The notes under the pieces were generated by a model. The model did not search any database, had not been told where the DNA came from, and was given only the letters and a program-made list of their open reading frames with translations. Of a DNA stretch of 64,000 bases, positions 58,095 through 64,000 are shown piece by piece. The first letter of the stretch is position 1. Each line of letters begins with the position of its first letter. Position numbers and translations under genes: made by a program. Source of the DNA: an uncultured Clostridium sp. (lineage in GTDB: Bacteria > Bacillota > Clostridia > Oscillospirales > Acutalibacteraceae); the NCBI GenBank assembly GCA_958422185.1, contig CATZNW010000002.1, forward strand, positions 53,468 through 117,467, in the 5' to 3' direction.

Positions 58095-59048
58095 TTAAGC
58101 CTCAATGCCTGAAAGAAGCTGTGTGTAAACCGGGTTGGAAACGGTTGTGGTGTTGTCAACATACCATGTGTTTCCTATCTGAACAACATAAACATCCAGC
58201 GTTGCAATAACCGTGCCGTTGGCAAGTGCAGCCTGGGTCGTTACGGTCTGTGCGGCGGAAATGTCGTCAGCAGTAATTTCATATGTTTCAAGTACGTCCG
58301 CCGGCAATGCCGTCTTGTATGCGTCCAGATCCTCAACGGGTGCCGCGCTTACAACGGAGGTCGTGATCTCATAGTCTTCACCGTACAGCTCCTGATAAAG
58401 TCCTGTTGACTTTTCCTGGATTACGGTCTTTTCATCCTCGCCAAGTACCTCTTCCGTTCCCGTTACGGCGTTGCCGTATGTGGAAACGTTGGATTCAAAA
58501 GCCGTGAACATACTTTCGTCATCAAGGTATTCATCGCCGAAGACTTCCTGGCGAACTTCAACAAAGCGGGCAAAGTAGTTTTTATAAATGGCGTCATAAT
58601 CATCCCAGCCGTACGTTTTGATAAGCTCAACATAATAGGGATACATTCTGTCCGCAACCTGACCGGCAAGCGTGCCGTCGTCGTTTATTGTGGCGTCGGA
58701 CTGATATTTTTCATTGTTGTAGCCGTTGTCTTTTATTGCGTCAAACTCATCATCGCTCATGCCGGCTTCATATCCGGGGTAGATCAGCGGATACATATAA
58801 TATATGCGGATGAAATCGCCGTATTTTTCACTTTTTGCGGAGATCGTGTAGGCGTATGCGTTATAGCCGTCTCCGCGCTGAAAGACCGTGTCTGAATAAT
58901 TAAGCGCAGTCTTTTCGGGGTCAAACTGGATATATTTGTTTTTAAACGCGTATCCGGTTACAACCGCAAGGACCGCCGCAACCAGCAAAACGGCAATCAC
59001 GGCGTAGAACTTGTAGTTAAAGCCTTTTTTATTTTCATTTTTAGCCAT
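58095..59048 (-). CDS. N-terminally membrane-anchored extracytoplasmic protein, unknown function
   Basis: The ATG at 59048 is 6 nt after AAGGAGGTG. TM helix FYAVIAVLLVAAVLAVVTGYAF, then an acidic Tyr/Asp-rich ectodomain. Lies immediately downstream of the transporter gene. Confidence 0.6.
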   Translation of the reverse strand: MAKNENKKGFNYKFYAVIAVLLVAAVLAVVTGYAFKNKYIQFDPEKTALNYSDTVFQRGDGYNAYAYTISAKSEKYGDFIRIYYMYPLIYPGYEAGMSDDEFDAIKDNGYNNEKYQSDATINDDGTLAGQVADRMYPYYVELIKTYGWDDYDAIYKNYFARFVEVRQEVFGDEYLDDESMFTAFESNVSTYGNAVTGTEEVLGEDEKTVIQEKSTGLYQELYGEDYEITTSVVSAAPVEDLDAYKTALPADVLETYEITADDISAAQTVTTQAALANGTVIATLDVYVVQIGNTWYVDNTTTVSNPVYTQLLSGIEA

Positions 59049-59061
59049 ATCGCGCACCTCC

Positions 59062-60576
59062 TTATTCAGCCTGAGCCTCGGGCTGTGCGCCGTCTTCGGC
59101 GCTTTCGCCTTTTGCTGCGGCTGCCGCTGCGCGGCGCTCTCTCAGTGCCTCTGTAATCATTTCCTTCTTCTTGCCAACGTTATCGTAGAAGAAGATGGGC
59201 ACCATTTGAAGGACAACGAATATTGCCGGAATGATCGTGTAGATCATAAGCATACGGTTAAGCGTTGTGTCGCTCTGAGCAGCGTAAGCAACGTTCGGGT
59301 CGGTAGAAAGCGTGTAACGGCTCCAGGTGTAAAGAAGCCACGGGCCGAAGCCTTTTGTGCATGCGGACGCGACTTTGGAAAAAAGTCCGTAGCCGGCGTA
59401 AGCAATGCCGTCCTGCCTTTTTCCTGTTTTGTATTCTATTTCATCAACGCAGTCCGCAATCATGATATTCGGTGTTGTGTTTGTATTGCCGTGCTGGATC
59501 CCGCAGAAGAAGTTGATGATCAGGAACGGAATGATCAGCGCGCTGTTAAAACCGACGGAGCTTGAAACGATATAAAGTATCGCAAGCGAAGAGGCGCCGT
59601 ATACGCAGAAAAGAATATATGTTGTTTTTGTAGAGAATTTTTTAAGCACAAAGTTTACAAGCAGCGTGCCTACTGCCGTGCCTATGCCCATGGGCAGCAA
59701 AAGCGCAAGCTTCAAATCCTTTGATCCAAGCAGGTAAACGGCTATGTAAAGGGATACCGTGCCGTAAACGCCGCGGCCGAATCCCGTAAATTTTGTGAGC
59801 GAAACCATAAGCAGGTTCTTGTTGCCGAAAACAACTTTTAAAGAATCTTTGATGCTTACCTTTTCCTGAGTAAAGGGTACGCGCTCCTTGTTGTTTGCAA
59901 AGAAGATCATAACAAAAAGGATGATGCCAAGGCAGCATACCGCAGTGGAAATGATAAGGTCTATGCCCTGACCCTCCGCGTTTTTAAACTGCTGCTGGCC
60001 CATAATGGCTTTCATGAGCGCGCCGACAACTATGATTACGACCATGCCGCCGCTCTGGCCCACTGAGCGCAGGAAAGAAGATATAGAGATCGCCGTTGAA
60101 CGCTCGCTCGGATTGGGGGAGCAGAGCGAACCAAAGCAGTTTGCCGGGCTTTCGACCGCGCAGGAAACTGCCGTGTAAAGGCTGTAGATTATAAACATCC
60201 ACGCGATTGCAACTGTCTGTGAATTTGTGTTTGGCGCCACGAAAACAAGCAGCGCAACGACAGCAAGCGGCACAACGCCGAAGCCTACCCAGGGCTTTAC
60301 CTTGCCGAATTTTGTTCTTGTTCTGTCTACCAGATAACCGATTACAAGTTCGCAGACCGCGCCTACGATACCTGCAACGAAAAATACGTTTGAAATCGCT
60401 CCGCTCATTACATCGCTGTCAAACCCCTTGCCTTTGAAAGCGAAATCCGCAAAGAAGGTTGCGGTATAATCCGGCATCCAGCCCGTGAGCAGCGCTACGC
60501 CGAAAAGGCCTATGCCGTATGTAATGATCTCGGAGAACTTCATAAATTTTTTGCCGCCGTTTTTCTCGTCAGCCAT
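59062..60576 (-). CDS. MFS transporter, glycoside-pentoside-hexuronide (GPH) symporter-like
   Basis: About 12 TM segments; N-terminus KFSEIITYGIGLFGVALLTGWMPDY..FF.D typical of MelB/YicJ-type proteins; hydrophilic C-terminal tail. Confidence 0.8.
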   Translation of the reverse strand: MADEKNGGKKFMKFSEIITYGIGLFGVALLTGWMPDYTATFFADFAFKGKGFDSDVMSGAISNVFFVAGIVGAVCELVIGYLVDRTRTKFGKVKPWVGFGVVPLAVVALLVFVAPNTNSQTVAIAWMFIIYSLYTAVSCAVESPANCFGSLCSPNPSERSTAISISSFLRSVGQSGGMVVIIVVGALMKAIMGQQQFKNAEGQGIDLIISTAVCCLGIILFVMIFFANNKERVPFTQEKVSIKDSLKVVFGNKNLLMVSLTKFTGFGRGVYGTVSLYIAVYLLGSKDLKLALLLPMGIGTAVGTLLVNFVLKKFSTKTTYILFCVYGASSLAILYIVSSSVGFNSALIIPFLIINFFCGIQHGNTNTTPNIMIADCVDEIEYKTGKRQDGIAYAGYGLFSKVASACTKGFGPWLLYTWSRYTLSTDPNVAYAAQSDTTLNRMLMIYTIIPAIFVVLQMVPIFFYDNVGKKKEMITEALRERRAAAAAAKGESAEDGAQPEAQAE

Positions 60577-60804
60577 TTAAAAAGACTCCCTTCCGAATGA
60601 ATATTTCACCCAATTTTAACAAAAATTTGACAAACATGCAATATCTTTAACGCATTTTTTACATAGATATATAATTTTTTTTGTTAAACTTAGACAAAAA
60701 GCGTAAATATATCAACATACATATCAGTATATGATTTCCGCGTGCGGATCATATCCGTAATTGTGCAAAACAGGCACATTATTTTAATATATATGTAATT
60801 CCAC

Positions 60805-60912
60805 AGAAAAAAGAAGAAAGGCAGTGTGTAACACACTGCCTTTCCCTCTCTGTCTTTAACAAACTATAGGAGGACAAGATACTTAAAACGGTTGCGGCAC
60901 CGTTTCAAGGTA
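60805..60912 (-). ncRNA. Candidate ~108-nt small RNA (promoter to intrinsic terminator, no ORF)
   Basis: On the minus strand: 5' hairpin AAACGGT-gccgca-ACCGTTT, a single-stranded UCUUGUCCUCCUAUAG segment, and terminator AAAGGCAGTGT-gttac-ACACTGCCTTT plus CTTCTTTTTT. Confidence 0.5.
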
Positions 60913-60918
60913 ATTTAT

Positions 60919-60947
60919 ATTATACACAGTATTGCATAAATTGTCAA
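60919..60947 (-). promoter_or_regulatory. Perfect-consensus SigA promoter for the candidate sRNA
   Basis: On the minus strand: TTGACA (60942-60947), 17 nt spacer, TATAAT (60919-60924). Confidence 0.7.
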
Positions 60948-61103
60948 CTGAAATATTAAAAATTTTTGCGCAATATAGCCAACGTCGCAAAAACAAAAGC
61001 TAATTTATTCCTTCTTATAACAATTAATTTTTCAAAACCGTCTAAAAAATTGTACTTTTATTTCAATTTTATTTGAATCATGCATAAGTATGCCGGTTTT
61101 ATA

Positions 61104-61339
61104 TTGACTTGGAACAAATGTTCGTATAATATAAAGGGCGTAAAGCGGAACTCCGCCCCTGCAACGCTTTATATGCTTTAGGGAAACAGCGTGGGAATTC
61201 TATTGCCGGGCTGTATTCCGGACCGGATCTGCCTGTGAACGATTCCGTTTTGGCAGAACGGACATCACGCCCTGTCCGGCTGCAACAGGGATACCGTGAT
61301 TAAAATATTATTGCGGCCGGAAAGGCTGTGTGGATTATT
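61104..61339 (+). promoter_or_regulatory. Promoter plus ~200-nt structured 5' leader of unknown class
   Basis: TTGACT (61104-61109), 17 nt spacer, TAATAT. Long hairpin ATCACGCCCTGT-ccggctgca-ACAGGG-atac-CGTGAT (61264-61300). The 5' AGGGCGT (61135-61141) is complementary to ACGCCCT (61267-61273) in that hairpin's left arm. Confidence 0.45.
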
Positions 61340-61552
61340 ATGACCGTTACTCAGCTGGCAGAGGAGTATGAAAATCAGTACCGCGTGCTCAATGCAAAGA
61401 TCAAAGGGCTACGCCCGCTTCTGTGCGTTTATACAGGCGAGGATCTGATACTGTTGAGGCGAAAGATAAAAATATATTACGATATGGCAAGCCAGTGCAA
61501 GGTCATATCAGCAATGCTTTCGGATTATTATCCGGAGGAGGACGGGCAATGA
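61340..61552 (+). CDS. Small helical protein (71 aa), unknown function
   Basis: MTVTQLAEEYENQYRVLNAKIKGL..; ATGA overlap with the next gene. The ORF track begins at the GTG at 61328. Confidence 0.5.
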   Translation: MTVTQLAEEYENQYRVLNAKIKGLRPLLCVYTGEDLILLRRKIKIYYDMASQCKVISAMLSDYYPEEDGQ

Positions 61553-61881
61553 AAAACAAAGGGATTTATGATCATTTATTTAATTGTTTTGAAAGGGAAG
61601 AGGATTTTAACAGCAGTAAGGTAACCGTAAACGCGCTTAAGGCAGTGCTGCCTCAGGTCGTTCAGAGCGAACTTACAGATCGGCAGCGCATGTGCCTGCA
61701 GCTTCGTTTCGAAGCGCTTATGTCCCAGCAGGAGATCGCGCAAAGGCTTGGCTTTTCTCAGCCGACGGTAAGCCGCCACCTGAAAAAGGCGGTCCATACG
61801 GTTTCAAACCGGCTGCGTTACTGTAAAAGTGCGCTGGGCAGGGCAAACGCCGAATGGCTCAGGTATCTGGAGCTGGATTAA
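61549..61881 (+). CDS. Sigma-70 region-4-only HTH protein (110 aa)
   Basis: LTDRQRMCLQLRFEALMSQQEIAQRLGFSQPTVSRHLKKA, a region 4.2-type HTH. The ATG follows GGAGGAGGA. Confidence 0.7.
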   Translation: MKNKGIYDHLFNCFEREEDFNSSKVTVNALKAVLPQVVQSELTDRQRMCLQLRFEALMSQQEIAQRLGFSQPTVSRHLKKAVHTVSNRLRYCKSALGRANAEWLRYLELD

Positions 61882-61965
61882 CGCTGCTGCCCCGCCCGTT
61901 ATATGATCAACCGAATACAGCAAGGCTGTTTTAAAGGGATATCCCACCTTGCCAAACAGTTGTTG

Positions 61966-62002
61966 AGCACACCTTTTCTATTTTATGAAAGGTGTGCTTT
62001 TT
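61966..62002 (+). terminator. Rho-independent terminator after the sigma-like gene
   Basis: AGCACACCTTT-tctattttatg-AAAGGTGTGCT plus TTTTT. Confidence 0.8.
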
Positions 62003-62123
62003 GCGTGTATGAATATGCCAAAATTAAAATTTTAATATTTTATCACATATGCATGGCTCCTGTCCTTATATGCGTTTTCAGCCTATGCTGTTTTACTGCA
62101 GTTCAGAAAATTTAAAAAAGGTG

Positions 62124-62176
62124 TTGACAAACTTTGAATATGGCAATATAATGAACATATGAACAGGCGTTCATAT
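62124..62176 (+). promoter_or_regulatory. Consensus promoter with overlapping inverted-repeat operator for the ArsR/ATPase operon
   Basis: TTGACA (62124-62129), 17 nt spacer, TATAAT (62147-62152), then ATATGAAC-aggc-GTTCATAT (62157-62176). Confidence 0.7.
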
Positions 62177-62200
62177 AAAATCCTGAAAGGGGGTCTTCTG

Positions 62201-62485
62201 ATGCTTGATGAGGAAATGGTGTATGACCTTGCGGATCTGTTCAAGATCTTTTCCGATTCAACAAGGCTTAAAATCATGTGCTCTCTGTTTGATAAGGAAT
62301 TAAATGTAACGGAGATCACTTCCGCCACAGGCGTATCGCAGACGGCGGTCTCACACCAGCTGCGTATTTTAAAGCAGAATCATCTTGTTAAGTATAAAAG
62401 GGACGGTAAACAGATGGTCTATTCCCTTTCTGACGACCATGTAAAAACAATTATCAACTGCGGTATTGAACATATCGAGGAATAG
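62201..62485 (+). CDS. ArsR/SmtB family metalloregulator (CadC-like)
   Basis: LADLFKIFSDSTRLKIMCSL..LNVTEITSATGVSQTAVSHQLRILKQNHLVKYKRDGKQMVYSL. The ATG at 62201 is 8 nt after AAGGGGG. Confidence 0.88.
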   Translation: MLDEEMVYDLADLFKIFSDSTRLKIMCSLFDKELNVTEITSATGVSQTAVSHQLRILKQNHLVKYKRDGKQMVYSLSDDHVKTIINCGIEHIEE

Positions 62486-62494
62486 GAGGAAATT

Positions 62495-64000
62495 ATGGCT
62501 GATAAACATAATCACGCTCATGGGCAGGAACACGGTCACTCAAACGGCAGGGCATGCTCCTGCGGCCACGATGACGGATGCGGCTGCGGTCATGATCACG
62601 AGCACGGCGGCGAGATAAATAAAAAAGCGTTCGCCCTTAAAATGGGGTTCGGAATTGCGTTTTTCATTGCAGGATATCTCATCAACGAGTTTGCCGAACT
62701 GCCGTTTTATGTGCCGCTGATTATTTTTGCGGTATCTTATATCATCGTAGGCTTCAACATTATTAAAGAGGCTGTTGAAGGTGTGTTCCGCGGCAATATC
62801 TTTAACGAGAATTTCCTGATGGCCATTGCGTCTGTAGGCGCGTTCATAATCGGCGAGTATGCGGAGGGCTGCGCTGTTGTTATCCTTTATACGATAGGCG
62901 AGTTCCTGCAGGATCTTGCGGTCGGCAAAAGCCGCAAATCCATTGCGGATATGATCCAGTCCGCGCCCCAGAAAGTGCATGTTGAACGGAACGGAAAACT
63001 TGTTGATGAAGACCCGGAAAAAATAAGGCCGGGCGAGGTCTTTGTTGTTAATCCCGGTGAAAAGATCGAACTGGACGGTGTGATAGAATCCGGCAGCGCA
63101 GAGGTGGATATGGCAGCACTGACGGGGGAGAGCATTCCGGTTTCTCTGAGCGCCGGGGACGAGATTCTTTCAGGCTCCATAAATATAGACGGTATGCTGA
63201 AAGTAAAGGCATCAAAAGAATATAAGGACTCAACTGTTTCGCGCATCCTTTCTATGATAGAGGACGCGGATTCCAAAAAGAGCCACGCGGAAAAATTCAT
63301 AAGCAGATTTGCCAAGGTCTATACCCCCATAGTCTGCCTTGTTGCTCTGCTTATCATAGTGGTTCCGCCGCTGTTTTTCGGCGGCGAATGGAAAGACTGG
63401 GCTTACAGAGGACTTTCCGCGCTCGTTGTATCCTGCCCGTGTGCGATCGTTATATCCATACCGCTTGGGTTTTTCAGCGGTCTCGGCGCGTGCTCAAAGC
63501 AGGGCGTTCTGATAAAGGGCAGCAACTATCTGGAAATGCTGTCTAAATTTGACGTAGCCGTGTTTGATAAAACAGGAACGATCACAAGCGGCAAGTTTGA
63601 ATATGTTAACTGCGAATGTGTAAACTGCCACTGCGAAAATAAAAAAGAGCACCGTGAACTGCTGGGGCTTATAGCGGCGTGTGAAAAATATTCCACGCAC
63701 CCGATAGCAAAATCCGTAAGCCTTGCATTCGGTCAGTTCGCCGACGGGCTGGAGGTTACAGACGCAAAGAATTATGCCGGAATGGGCGTTTCCGCCGTTA
63801 TCAACGGCAAAAGGTATTACGCCGGAAATGAAAAGCTTATGAAAAAAGCCGGTGTGGAGTTCAGGGAAACAAAACTGATCGGCACCGCGATCTATCTTTG
63901 CAGCGATGACGAGTTTCTGGGCGATATCGTATTTGCTGACGTTATCAAGTCGGACAGCAGGGACGCGATCTCGGAGCTGTATGACCTGGGCGTTAAAAAG
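62495..64000 (+). CDS. cadA: Heavy-metal (Cd/Zn/Co-type) P1B-type ATPase, 3' end outside the window
   Basis: Hand-translated, open to the window edge. His/Cys-rich N-terminus (HNHAHGQEHGHSNGRACSCGHDDGCGCGHDHEHG), TGES (AALTGESIP), CPC motif (VSCPCAIV), DKTGTIT. Confidence 0.9.
   Translation, partial: MADKHNHAHGQEHGHSNGRACSCGHDDGCGCGHDHEHGGEINKKAFALKMGFGIAFFIAGYLINEFAELPFYVPLIIFAVSYIIVGFNIIKEAVEGVFRGNIFNENFLMAIASVGAFIIGEYAEGCAVVILYTIGEFLQDLAVGKSRKSIADMIQSAPQKVHVERNGKLVDEDPEKIRPGEVFVVNPGEKIELDGVIESGSAEVDMAALTGESIPVSLSAGDEILSGSINIDGMLKVKASKEYKDSTVSRILSMIEDADSKKSHAEKFISRFAKVYTPIVCLVALLIIVVPPLFFGGEWKDWAYRGLSALVVSCPCAIVISIPLGFFSGLGACSKQGVLIKGSNYLEMLSKFDVAVFDKTGTITSGKFEYVNCECVNCHCENKKEHRELLGLIAACEKYSTHPIAKSVSLAFGQFADGLEVTDAKNYAGMGVSAVINGKRYYAGNEKLMKKAGVEFRETKLIGTAIYLCSDDEFLGDIVFADVIKSDSRDAISELYDLGVKK

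Noticed and set aside
60866-60960. A plus-strand small gene using the AGGAGG at 60869-60874.
   Set aside because: No ATG, GTG or TTG occurs at a suitable distance; the only in-frame option is ATA. The opposite strand carries a perfect promoter and a terminator with a proper U-tail, so the AGGAGG is more simply the complement of the sRNA's CCUCC motif.
61135-61300. Calling the structured leader a NiCo (czcD) or other named metal riboswitch.
   Set aside because: I have only vague resemblance of short fragments from memory. I cannot reproduce the consensus four-way junction, and the immediately downstream genes are not metal transporters. It is reported as an unclassified leader instead.
1-64000. 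CRISPR arrays, rRNA operons, transposases/IS elements, retron/DGR reverse transcriptases, restriction-modification or other recognisable defence genes.
   Set aside because: None was found. There are no regularly spaced direct repeats with unique spacers. No ORF has a DDE/serine/tyrosine recombinase, RT, nuclease-helicase or methyltransferase-endonuclease signature.

Overview
The window reads as an origin-proximal housekeeping stretch of a spore-forming Firmicute. It is probably a Clostridia / Oscillospiraceae-like genome with mid-range GC; that taxonomic call is inference from gene content only. Gene order: 3' part of gyrA, an LCP-family ligase, mgtC-like, then the classic block rpmH-rnpA-yidD-yidC-jag-mnmE-mnmG-rsmG-parB(noc-like)-soj-spo0J, serS and ktrBA. 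Next comes a minus-strand galactofuranose glycopolymer operon (3 GT2 genes plus glf), a GHMP sugar kinase, nadA, mnmA, trmB and a PadR module. These are followed by cysK, rsmE, ogg, sleB, LysR plus a split chrA, an M18 aminopeptidase, a Sua5-CoaE fusion, prfA, murI, a YfhO-family membrane protein and tRNA-Gly(GCC). The window ends with dnaD-like/dnaI-like, leuBA behind a T-box leader, a small XRE module, a PRTase-like gene, a GPH/MFS transporter operon and an ArsR plus Cd/Zn P-type ATPase pair that is 3'-truncated. I found no CRISPR array, transposase, integrase, rRNA or recognisable defence system, and I cannot support a claim of a new multi-gene system. The features not explained by ordinary annotation are all non-coding or small. 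(1) A roughly 130-180 nt structured intergenic element occurs in three copies, each immediately 3' of and co-oriented with a gene. (2) A candidate ~108 nt sRNA has a consensus promoter, a CCUCC motif and an intrinsic terminator. (3) A ~200 nt structured leader with mutually exclusive helices precedes a sigma-region-4-only protein. (4) Three parS sites cluster in the noc-like/soj intergenic region. (5) There are several unusual gene architectures: the Sua5-CoaE fusion, open upstream reading frames without start codons, and tiny peptide ORFs. All coordinates and motifs were read by eye from the sequence. No database search was run.
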